From Alphaproteobacteria bacterium (lineage in GTDB: Bacteria > Pseudomonadota > Alphaproteobacteria > UBA6615), in the NCBI GenBank assembly GCA_002722515.1, contig PBMH01000042.1, positions 2,346 through 66,345 on the forward strand: a stretch of 64,000 nt of DNA. Reading direction: 5' to 3'. A model generated the notes under the pieces. That model did not search any database. It worked only from the letters and a program-made list of their open reading frames with translations, and was not told where the DNA came from. The translations under genes were made by a program, and so were the position numbers. Shown piece by piece: positions 9,679 through 17,645 of the stretch. The stretch's first letter is position 1. Each line of letters begins with the position of its first letter.

Positions 9679-10644
9679 ATGGAACAGGATGCTAAGATAT
9701 ACGTAGCGGGGCACCGCGGACTAGTAGGCCAGGCGCTAGTGCGCCAACTCAATGCACAGCATCACACGAACATCGTGACCCGGACGAGCGCGGAGCTCGA
9801 CCTAACCGAGCAGGCGGCGGTACGCGAATTTTTCGCGGCAGAGCAACCGGACTATGTCCTTAACGCCGCTGCGATCGTCGGTGGTATTTTCGCCAACGAA
9901 CTGTATCCGGCAGACTTCATCGCTGGAAATCTTCAGGTCCAAACCAACCTGATCGACACCGCTTATCGATTCGGCGTGAAGAAAATGCTGTTCCTCGGTT
10001 CGACGTGCATCATGCCGCGCGACGCACCCCAGCCTATGAAGGAAGACTACATTCTCACCGGGCCACTAGAGGAAACCAACCAGTGGTACGCGGTAGCCAA
10101 GATCGCGGGTATCAAGATGTGTCAGGCCTATCGTCGCCAATACGGATTTGACGCAATCAGCGTGCAGCCGACTAACCTTTTCGGGATCGGTGACAATTTC
10201 GACTATGAAACCTCGCATATGGCCCCTGCGATGATCCGCCGGATGCACGAAGCAAAGTTAGCCGATACGGAGAGCGTCACCATCTGGGGTACCGGGAAGC
10301 CCCGGCGCGAGATCATGTTCGCCGACGACATGGCCGACGCCTGCGTCTATCTGATGCAGAATTACTCCGACGAACCCTTCGTTAACATCGGCACGGGCGA
10401 GGACATCTCGATCGCCAACTTCGCCGCCCTGGTCGCTGATGTAATTGGCTATACAGGGTCATTCGAATACGACACCTCGCGCAAGGATGGGACGCCGCGC
10501 AAGCTCGTTGATGTGACTCGACTTAGCGAACTTGGATGGCGCTCGAAAATCAATCTCCGTGAAGGGATTGAGCGAACGTATTCCTGGTATCTTGAGAATG
10601 AGGACAACTTACGAACACTCAGCGCCGAAAACCTAGCACGCTGA
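9679..10644 (+). CDS. fcl: GDP-L-fucose synthase
   Basis: 321 aa, collinear with E. coli Fcl: VAGHRGLVGQA, YPADFI, LFLGSTCI, YAVAKIAGIKMC, KDGTPRKLVDVTRL. Confidence 0.85.
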   Translation: MEQDAKIYVAGHRGLVGQALVRQLNAQHHTNIVTRTSAELDLTEQAAVREFFAAEQPDYVLNAAAIVGGIFANELYPADFIAGNLQVQTNLIDTAYRFGVKKMLFLGSTCIMPRDAPQPMKEDYILTGPLEETNQWYAVAKIAGIKMCQAYRRQYGFDAISVQPTNLFGIGDNFDYETSHMAPAMIRRMHEAKLADTESVTIWGTGKPRREIMFADDMADACVYLMQNYSDEPFVNIGTGEDISIANFAALVADVIGYTGSFEYDTSRKDGTPRKLVDVTRLSELGWRSKINLREGIERTYSWYLENEDNLRTLSAENLAR

Positions 10645-11041
10645 TGCAATCCACGCCCGGGGAACGCGCGGCAGACATAAGCAAGTTCTTGTAGCCTTGC
10701 ACCAAGATCCCGCAACTTTCGCCGTCCTCTAAAGCGAGGCCGGCCGCGCTTGTCGTGATTGTCTATTTCAAACAGCAGGAGGGTGGCGCAGCACCCAACA
10801 TCACGCCATGGCCGCCCGGCATCACCCGCTGAAGCTAGGATAATAACGTCTCTGCGCTCGCGGTCTGTCCGTTGCCCGATAACGGCCTCGCCAACAGCAC
10901 TGCGAAAAATGTGATTGAAGAAATGACAAGCAAGATGTCGGCAGATGTTTTACAAGCCATCGTAAATTATCTTTCTTTTTTGTCGCCACCCGCCGACGCG
11001 CGATAGATTCAACAAGCCCCAAAGAACAAGGGAGAATAGCC

Positions 11042-11350
11042 ATGGCCGCCTATTGGCTCGCACGTTCATTGATCAATGATCCTATCGAGTACAAAAAATA
11101 CACCGACCACATCCCCGATATTCTGGCGAAATATAACGGGCGCGTCCTAGCGCGCGGTGGCGAAAAGAAGGTGCTCGAGGGCGAAACACCTTACGAGCGT
11201 TTCGTCGTAATCGAGTTCGATTCCCTCCAAGAGGCCGAAACCTGTTTCAACTCACCCGAGTATATCGAGGCTGCGAAGTTCCGTCGGGTGCCGGGGATCG
11301 CTCAGAACGAACTCGTCATCGTCGACGGCGGCGACGCAACACCTCGCTAG
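11042..11350 (+). CDS. DUF1330 domain protein
   Basis: 102 aa. AYWLA...YKKY...GRVLARGG...EG...[22 protein letters not shown] is typical of DUF1330. Confidence 0.8.
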   Translation: MAAYWLARSLINDPIEYKKYTDHIPDILAKYNGRVLARGGEKKVLEGETPYERFVVIEFDSLQEAETCFNSPEYIEAAKFRRVPGIAQNELVIVDGGDATPR

Positions 11351-12449
11351 CTGGAGTCGCTCTTTCCGGAAACAGTCCGGCTAGCCCATCCCGGCTTGCG
11401 GCGCACACTCCGCGCTCGGTGATCAGTCCAGTCACAAGACGCGCAGGCGTTACATCGAACGCATAGTTAACTGCCTTCGCACCATCCGGCGTAAGTTGGA
11501 CCTTCGTAATGCTGCCTTCAGCCGTTTTCCCGGATATATGGGTAACCTCTTCCTGATCACGTTTCTCAATAGGAATGTCACGCACACCGTCCATGATCGT
11601 CCAATCGATCGTCGGCGATGGTAAACCAACATAGAACGGCACGTCGTTATCATCGGCTGCTAGGGCCTTGAGATAGGTGCCAATCTTGTTCGCAACATCG
11701 CCTGATGCCGCGGTACGATCGGTTCCCGTGATACAGAGATCAACCAGCCCCTGCTGCATCATGTGGCCGCCCGCATTGTCTGCAACCACACCATACGATA
11801 CTCCATGGCGCTCTAGTTCCCATGCCGTGAGTGCCGCTCCTTGGTTACGCGGACGCGTTTCATCGGCCCACACGTGGACCGGGATACCGGCATCATGGGC
11901 CTTGTAGACCGGCGCCAGCGCAGTACCCCAATCGACCGTCGCCAGCCAACCGGCGTTGCAGTGTGTAAGGATGTTGATCGGACTGTTGCCACCACGCGCC
12001 TCGTAAAACTCTCTAATCACTTCGAAACCGTGATCGCCGATGGCGCTGTTGATCGCTACGTCTTCATCACAAACCTGTGCTGCTCGTTCATAGGCTATAC
12101 CGACGCGTACATCTGTTGGTTGAGATTCCAGGCGCAACAGCATGTCGTCGAGCGCCCATCGGAGGTTAATGGCAGTTGGTCGTGCAGCCATAAGCATCGC
12201 ATGGGCATTAGCGAGACCCGAATCCGTGCTGTCTTCACGCATCGCAAGGGCCATGCCGTATGCCGCTGTCGCGCCAATCAGCGGCGCGCCGCGGACTAGC
12301 ATATCGCGAATTGCATGTGACGTATCCTCAAGCGAAGTCAGTTTGGCTACGTCGAAACGGTGGGGTAGCTGGGTTTGATCGATAACTTCAACCGTTGCCC
12401 CGTCATCACCCAGCCAGATGGTGCGATAGGCTGTCCCGTCAATATTCAA
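11316..12449 (-). CDS. mtnA: S-methyl-5-thioribose-1-phosphate isomerase
   Basis: [24 protein letters not shown] and TRPRNQGA motifs. The TTG start overlaps the TusA stop (TTGA). Confidence 0.9.
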   Translation of the reverse strand: MNIDGTAYRTIWLGDDGATVEVIDQTQLPHRFDVAKLTSLEDTSHAIRDMLVRGAPLIGATAAYGMALAMREDSTDSGLANAHAMLMAARPTAINLRWALDDMLLRLESQPTDVRVGIAYERAAQVCDEDVAINSAIGDHGFEVIREFYEARGGNSPINILTHCNAGWLATVDWGTALAPVYKAHDAGIPVHVWADETRPRNQGAALTAWELERHGVSYGVVADNAGGHMMQQGLVDLCITGTDRTAASGDVANKIGTYLKALAADDNDVPFYVGLPSPTIDWTIMDGVRDIPIEKRDQEEVTHISGKTAEGSITKVQLTPDGAKAVNYAFDVTPARLVTGLITERGVCAASRDGLAGLFPERATPASEVLRRRRRR

Positions 12450-12688
12450 ACACCAACCCCCTTGCAGATGCGGAACGTGAAGATACCGTCACCCTCAACA
12501 GCCTCAATTAACTTGTTGCCCGTGGTCTCACAGAAATGCGTAAAATCCCGGACCGACCCCGGATCTGTCGAGATCACGCGCAGGGTCTTCCCCTCCTGCA
12601 TCATCTTCAGCGTCTTCTTAGCCTTCAAAACCGGCAGGGGACATTTAAGACTGGTGGCATCTAGAAATTGCTCTTCGTCTGGTGCCAT
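12446..12688 (-). CDS. TusA/SirA-like sulfurtransferase
   Basis: 80 aa. [17 protein letters not shown] contains the CPxP active-site motif. Confidence 0.85.
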   Translation of the reverse strand: MAPDEEQFLDATSLKCPLPVLKAKKTLKMMQEGKTLRVISTDPGSVRDFTHFCETTGNKLIEAVEGDGIFTFRICKGVGV

Positions 12689-12696
12689 ATCCGCCC

Positions 12697-12951
12697 TCAG
12701 TTCACATTGACCAGTTTTCTAATATACGAATACACTAACCCAATGAATCCGGAGGTGCGCCAGGAAAAAGTTAGCCAGACGAGCCAGTTGTTGAAATCAC
12801 CACCCGATGAACGGCGCCTCCAGAGCATGTTCCGTTTGAACCACGGAAAAAGTCCGTCGGCGAACCCGGACCGCTTATCCGGACCAGACAGTCGGCCCTC
12901 TCTCAGCAACTCGCAAAGCGGCACCACGCTGATGTGATAGCAATCCACCAT
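12697..12951 (-). CDS. Hypothetical small membrane protein
   Basis: The ORF ends 8 nt upstream of the TusA start and has two hydrophobic stretches. The start is uncertain: ATG at 12951 or TTG at 12990. I recognise no family. Confidence 0.3.
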   Translation of the reverse strand: MVDCYHISVVPLCELLREGRLSGPDKRSGFADGLFPWFKRNMLWRRRSSGGDFNNWLVWLTFSWRTSGFIGLVYSYIRKLVNVN

Positions 12952-13060
12952 GATACCCCAAATAATTTTTATTCTATTTCGAGCGCGCAACCTAATCAGT
13001 GCTAAGGAAGGTCTATGATCTCTGTTGTGCCGATGCCAAGAATGCCTCTACCCGGTTAGC

Positions 13061-13429
13061 ATGAACAAAAGCGCGAGCGAGGATGTGCCAACCATGAACG
13101 AAGATACTCCAAAAGTGATTATGCTTTCGCCCAATGAGGTACAGGAGAGAATAGCTTGCGGAACTGCCTATATGGTCGACGTACGTGAACCCCATGAAAA
13201 CGCGCAACTGCGAATTGCCGGGTCCCATCTGGTTCCACTTTCGAATTTCGATAGTGCGCACATAATCCCGGACGAAGGGAAGGAACTGATCCTTTATTGC
13301 CGGGTTGGACAACGGTGCGGCAAAGCGGCTGAATATTTGCTAGCCGCGCGCTATACGGGCATTATCCAACGGATGACTGGCGGTATTCTCGAATGGATGG
13401 CAGCCGATTTCCCTGTCGAAACCGGCTGA
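13061..13429 (+). CDS. Rhodanese-like domain protein
   Basis: VDVREPHE...ILYCRVGQRC active-site loop. The start is uncertain (13025, 13061 or 13094). Confidence 0.8.
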   Translation: MNKSASEDVPTMNEDTPKVIMLSPNEVQERIACGTAYMVDVREPHENAQLRIAGSHLVPLSNFDSAHIIPDEGKELILYCRVGQRCGKAAEYLLAARYTGIIQRMTGGILEWMAADFPVETG

Positions 13430-13453
13430 CGCCGCGGCACGCACACGAAGAAT

Positions 13454-14380
13454 ATGACAATCTACCTCCCTATCGCCGAAATGTCGGTCGACGTCTTTTT
13501 GATCCTGCTGATGGGGGGTGGGGTTGGTTTTCTGTCTGGCCTGTTCGGCGTGGGCGGGGGTTTTCTAATGACACCCCTGCTGATCTTCATCGGCATTAGC
13601 CCCGCCGTCGCGGTAGCGACAGAGGCGAACCAGATCGTTGCGGCGTCCGTATCCGGTGTTCTGGCACATATGCGTCGACGCAATGTCGACTTTAAGATGG
13701 GCACGGTCCTGACCGCAGGTGGCTTTGCGGGCTCGGGGCTAGGAGTTTTGATCTTTACCTTCCTGCGGGAAATCGGCCAAGTCGACCTTGTGGTGCAACT
13801 CAGCTACGTAGTCTTCTTGGGGATAGTCGGATTCCTGATGCTTTTCGAGAGCGCCCGCGCCATCTTCAAAAACCGAGCCGGGACTGCGACACGCGGAAAG
13901 CTTCACCAGCACACGTGGCTGCACGGACTTCCATTTAAGATGCGTTTCCGGCGGTCGCGCCTTTATATCAGTGCTCTGCTGCCGCTCGGGATAGGATTTT
14001 TCGTTGGTATCCTCGCAGCAATTATGGGCGTTGGCGGCGGGTTTCTGATGGTGCCGGCGATGATTTACCTCCTCGGTATGCCCACGGCAGTGGTAGTGGG
14101 CACTTCGCTGTTCCAAATAATATTCGTTACCGCCAATGTCACTTTCCTGCAGGCTATCAACAATCAGACTGTGGATGTGGTGCTCGCTCTACTCCTACTC
14201 ACCGGCGCTGTTGTTGGCGCACAAATTGGGACGAAGGCCAGCGGACGCCTGCGCGGCGAAGAACTTCGCGGTCTACTCGCGCTTATGGTCCTAGGTGTCT
14301 CTGCTAAGATCGGAGTCGAGCTCGTTTCGACCCCGGAAGACGTCTACTCAATTAATGAAACTCCGGGGTTTGGCCTATGA
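13454..14380 (+). CDS. TauE/SafE (DUF81) family anion exporter
   Basis: Duplicated G(V/F)GGGFLMxP motifs and about 8 hydrophobic segments. Confidence 0.85.
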   Translation: MTIYLPIAEMSVDVFLILLMGGGVGFLSGLFGVGGGFLMTPLLIFIGISPAVAVATEANQIVAASVSGVLAHMRRRNVDFKMGTVLTAGGFAGSGLGVLIFTFLREIGQVDLVVQLSYVVFLGIVGFLMLFESARAIFKNRAGTATRGKLHQHTWLHGLPFKMRFRRSRLYISALLPLGIGFFVGILAAIMGVGGGFLMVPAMIYLLGMPTAVVVGTSLFQIIFVTANVTFLQAINNQTVDVVLALLLLTGAVVGAQIGTKASGRLRGEELRGLLALMVLGVSAKIGVELVSTPEDVYSINETPGFGL

Positions 14381-15150
14381 TCGGCATGGCCCCCATAAGC
14401 AAATACGCACGCATTTTCCTAATGATCGCGACCGGACTGGTCATCTCTCAAATTCCGGCCAGCGCTTCGCGTGATGACGTGCTGGTGATCGACCTGAGTC
14501 AGGACCTGATCGGAATCAGTACCAGCTTCAGCGGTGCCGACGTGCTTCTATTCGGCGCGACACAGGTTGAAGGTGATATAATTGTAGTCGTACGTGCGCC
14601 CAGCAGCCAAGTTATAGTCCGCCGTAAGAACCGCGTTGCCGGAATCTGGGTCAATACCGAAGAACTCGTCTTCAACAAGGCGCCAGGCTTCTACTATGTT
14701 GCCGCATCAGCTCCGCTCAAAGACTTGTTACCCGGCCCCATTCTCGAATCACTCCAGATCGGCACCCGTCAAATCGCGTTCAAACCGCACCTCTCGATGC
14801 CCGGCAACAAGGAAGAAGATTTTCGCAAAGCGTTGGTTCGAAATAAGCAACGAAGCGGCCTCTATACGAGCGGAATCGAAGAAGTGGATTTCCGGGGAGA
14901 CCGTCTTTTCCGAACACGGGTAGCCCTTCCGGCAAACGTGCCAACCGGCGACTATCAGGTTACAGTCTACCTCGTCAGTGGTCGGGCGATATCAGACATA
15001 TCCGAATCTATACTGCGTGTTCGTAAAGTTGGATTCGAAGCTAAAGTCACAGAGTTCGCATTTGAACAGGCACCTCTCTATGGATTAATTGCTATCATCA
15101 TCGCATTAATCGCCGGCTGGTTCGCTAGCGTAGTGTTCCGCAAGATCTGA
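14377..15150 (+). CDS. TIGR02186 / Alph_Pro_TM family membrane protein
   Basis: 4-nt overlap with the DUF81 gene, an N-terminal signal/TM and a C-terminal TM. The blocks FGA...DIIVVVRAP, VRRKNRVAGIWVN, GLY, LPANVPTGDY and KVGFE match my recollection of this alphaproteobacteria-restricted family. Confidence 0.6.
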   Translation: MIGMAPISKYARIFLMIATGLVISQIPASASRDDVLVIDLSQDLIGISTSFSGADVLLFGATQVEGDIIVVVRAPSSQVIVRRKNRVAGIWVNTEELVFNKAPGFYYVAASAPLKDLLPGPILESLQIGTRQIAFKPHLSMPGNKEEDFRKALVRNKQRSGLYTSGIEEVDFRGDRLFRTRVALPANVPTGDYQVTVYLVSGRAISDISESILRVRKVGFEAKVTEFAFEQAPLYGLIAIIIALIAGWFASVVFRKI

Positions 15151-15155
15151 GCATC

Positions 15156-15674
15156 ATGTCCGTTTCGTCCCCCAACACCCCATTTTTAGGTAGCGACCGT
15201 TCCACTAATGAACGTGCTGCGATATTTCTTGTAGTTGTAGACAATTCTCCTGAAATGAGAGTCGCCCTCCGCTGGGCTAGCCTGCGCGCACGACGAACCG
15301 GCGGGAAGGTTGGCTTGGTCCGCGTTATTCGAAAGGCCGATTTCCAGCACTGGGCGGCCATCGGTAACCTAATGCAGTTTGAAGCGCGTGAAGAGGCGGA
15401 ACAACTACTCCAAGAACATGCCGCCGATGTTTTCCATCTGTATGGCGGCATGCCCATCCTTTATCTCCGGGAGGGTGAAACGAAGTCTGAGGTCGTCAAT
15501 TTAATACAGGAAGATAAAGATATTCGTCTCTTGGTACTTGCCGCATCTACAAGCCGTAGAGGACCAGGGCCCCTCATCACCCACCTTACAAAAAAAGTAA
15601 TCAGCCGAATTCGTATCCCAGTAACCATAGTACCCGGCGGATTGACTGATAGTCAGATTGACGATCTCGTTTAA
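15156..15674 (+). CDS. Universal stress protein (UspA)-like
   Basis: 172 aa with an alpha/beta USP-type pattern: FLVVVDNSPE...LLVLAAS...IPVTIVPG. Confidence 0.6.
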   Translation: MSVSSPNTPFLGSDRSTNERAAIFLVVVDNSPEMRVALRWASLRARRTGGKVGLVRVIRKADFQHWAAIGNLMQFEAREEAEQLLQEHAADVFHLYGGMPILYLREGETKSEVVNLIQEDKDIRLLVLAASTSRRGPGPLITHLTKKVISRIRIPVTIVPGGLTDSQIDDLV

Positions 15675-16870
15675 TTAAGCGGGTATTATTTATACCAAAG
15701 AATAACACTTGGGGAAATCCGTGAAACGCTTTTCTGTAATTTTTCCAGGACTCTTATTAGCCACAATAATATTTATAATATCTGATTTTTTGAGTCAGTA
15801 TATTGGGAAAAACATACTTGGTTATCCAAAGAGTCCGATTTCCACGGTAATGTTTTCTATAATTCTTGGTATATTAATAGGGAATTTGTTCAATATACCA
15901 TCTATCTTTTCTGCGGGTCTTTCTTTCTCACTGAAATTCATACTCCGACTGGGAATTGTTCTTTTAGGAATTCGTCTAAGCTTTTCGGATGTCGCCTTAT
16001 ACGGCGCAACCTCTGCTGCGTTAATAGTAATTTGTATAATATCAGTTATTTTAATCATATATGTAATGGTGCATTACTTTAAAATATCGGCCTCAATGTC
16101 GTACTTAATAGCAATTGGGACCTCTATTTGCGGTGCCAGTGCGATCGTTGCGACAGCGCCCGTTATAAACGCCAAGAAAGCCGAGGTGACTTACGCAATA
16201 GCCAATATTACGATATTCGGAATTATTGGAATGTTTCTTTACCCATATTTGGCAAACCATCTGTTCCAGGGCGACGTCAATCGCATTGGATTGTTTCTCG
16301 GCACAGCAATTCACGAAACAGCGCAAGTAGCGGCGGCAGGGCTTATTTATGAACAACAATTTAATGATGCGCGCGTTCTGGAAATATCTACTATAACGAA
16401 ACTAGTCAGAAACACGTTCCTGATAGTAATGATACCTTTGTTTGCGTACTTTTATACAAGAAACAGCTCAAACAAACATACTTCTTATTCAATACTGAAC
16501 ATATTTCCATTATTTGTATTGGGCTTCTTGGTCATGGTAATCGTTCGCAGTGTTGGGGACGGTCTCTTTATAAATGACCATGGCGTATTTTCAAATGACT
16601 TTTGGAATCACGCTATAATTACAATGAAATCTACGTCCGCAGTACTTCTTAGTATTGCTATGGCATCCTTGGGTGTTTTAACGAACCTTAAAGAAATAAG
16701 AACTATGGGTTACCGCCCATTCCTTATAGGTTTCGTTGCAGCCTCCATGATCGGATTAGTTAGCTTTCTTATTATATCGTTATTTATTTGATATATTATT
16801 TTCTTTCTCAATAATTAAACGAAATTGTTTTTATTAAATTTTCGTTCGATATTTGACTTTCGATGCTTGA
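15675..16870. other. Low-GC segment (putative foreign cassette) containing yeiH and the last ~20 codons of the ABC ATPase
   Basis: Hand counts give 20/60 and 18/60 G+C for lines 15781 and 16441, against 34/60 for line 17101 just outside the segment. Confidence 0.7.
15709..16791 (+). CDS. yeiH: YeiH/UPF0324 family putative sulfate exporter
   Basis: AIGTSICGASAIVATAPVI...ITIFG...GTAIHETAQV signature in a polytopic membrane protein. The start is TTG at 15709 or GTG at 15721. Confidence 0.8.
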   Translation: MGKSVKRFSVIFPGLLLATIIFIISDFLSQYIGKNILGYPKSPISTVMFSIILGILIGNLFNIPSIFSAGLSFSLKFILRLGIVLLGIRLSFSDVALYGATSAALIVICIISVILIIYVMVHYFKISASMSYLIAIGTSICGASAIVATAPVINAKKAEVTYAIANITIFGIIGMFLYPYLANHLFQGDVNRIGLFLGTAIHETAQVAAAGLIYEQQFNDARVLEISTITKLVRNTFLIVMIPLFAYFYTRNSSNKHTSYSILNIFPLFVLGFLVMVIVRSVGDGLFINDHGVFSNDFWNHAIITMKSTSAVLLSIAMASLGVLTNLKEIRTMGYRPFLIGFVAASMIGLVSFLIISLFI

Positions 16871-17645
16871 GCCCTGGCATTTGGATTGGGCCCTCGATCG
16901 TCTGGGTTACGAATTGGCGCACGTAATCATTAGCAGTCGTATCGAGATCTGAAACAGATCCCTGCCATACAACGCGCCCTTCATGCAGCATCACGACTCT
17001 TTGAGCAATGCGGCGGACGACCGCTAGGTCACTTACGATAGAAATAACAGTCGCGCCTAGATCATTTACCCGATCATTGACCAGGTCACCAATAACGTTG
17101 CTCATAATCGGATCAAGGCCAGCGGTCGGCTCGTCGAGGAACAATATGTCCGGGTCACTCGCGATCGACCGCGCTAGCCCAACCCGCTTCTGCATGCCAC
17201 CTGATAGCGCAGCCGGCGAGAGGTCTGCCGTGTTCTCCGTCAAACCAACCAGCTTTAGCTTCTCGATCGCTGTTTCGCGAGCATCCACGCGCGACATATT
17301 CCGTTCATGTAAAATGCGAAATGCAACATTTTCCCAGACGCTCAGGCTATCGAAAAGCCCCTGGCGTTGGAAAAGCACCCCGAACCGACGCATCCATAGC
17401 ATGCGCTCTTTTCCAGACATTCCGACGGTTTCTTTACCGTCAACTACAATCGATCCAGTATCCGGCTCGATTAGTCCCAGGATGCATTTTAACAGCAGTG
17501 ATTTCCCGCTCCCCGACCCACCAATCAGGACGAGCGATTGCCGAGGACGGAGTACTAAATCGACTTTGTCTAACGCGTGCACGCCATCAAAGCTAAGTCC
17601 AACGCCCCCCAGGCAAATTTTGGCACTGTCCTCTATAACGGTCAC
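16815..17645 (-). CDS. ABC transporter ATP-binding protein (MlaF-like), with no cognate permease in the window
   Basis: Walker A GGSGSGKS, signature LSGGMQKRVGLAR, Walker B ILFLDEPTAGLD. The GTG start overlaps the mmsA stop (GTGA). Confidence 0.85.
   Translation of the reverse strand: MTVIEDSAKICLGGVGLSFDGVHALDKVDLVLRPRQSLVLIGGSGSGKSLLLKCILGLIEPDTGSIVVDGKETVGMSGKERMLWMRRFGVLFQRQGLFDSLSVWENVAFRILHERNMSRVDARETAIEKLKLVGLTENTADLSPAALSGGMQKRVGLARSIASDPDILFLDEPTAGLDPIMSNVIGDLVNDRVNDLGATVISIVSDLAVVRRIAQRVVMLHEGRVVWQGSVSDLDTTANDYVRQFVTQTIEGPIQMPGLKHRKSNIERKFNKNNFV

Noticed and set aside
11316-11350. 35-bp convergent 3' overlap of mtnA with the DUF1330 gene, which gives MtnA a ...LRRRRRR tail.
   Set aside because: This is probably just a slightly late stop codon read through the antisense of the neighbour. 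It does not affect the conserved MtnA core. It is worth noting but is not evidence of a functional feature.
15668-16821. 10-bp inverted repeat CGTTTAATTA (15668-15677) and TAATTAAACG (16812-16821) flanking yeiH, considered as terminal inverted repeats of a mobile cassette.
   Set aside because: - Both copies simply span the GTT-TAA ends of the convergent flanking genes.
- The sequence is AT-rich, so a chance match is plausible.
- No transposase is present.
- The low-GC tract extends about 50 nt beyond the right-hand repeat.

I kept it only as a note under the low-GC cassette finding.
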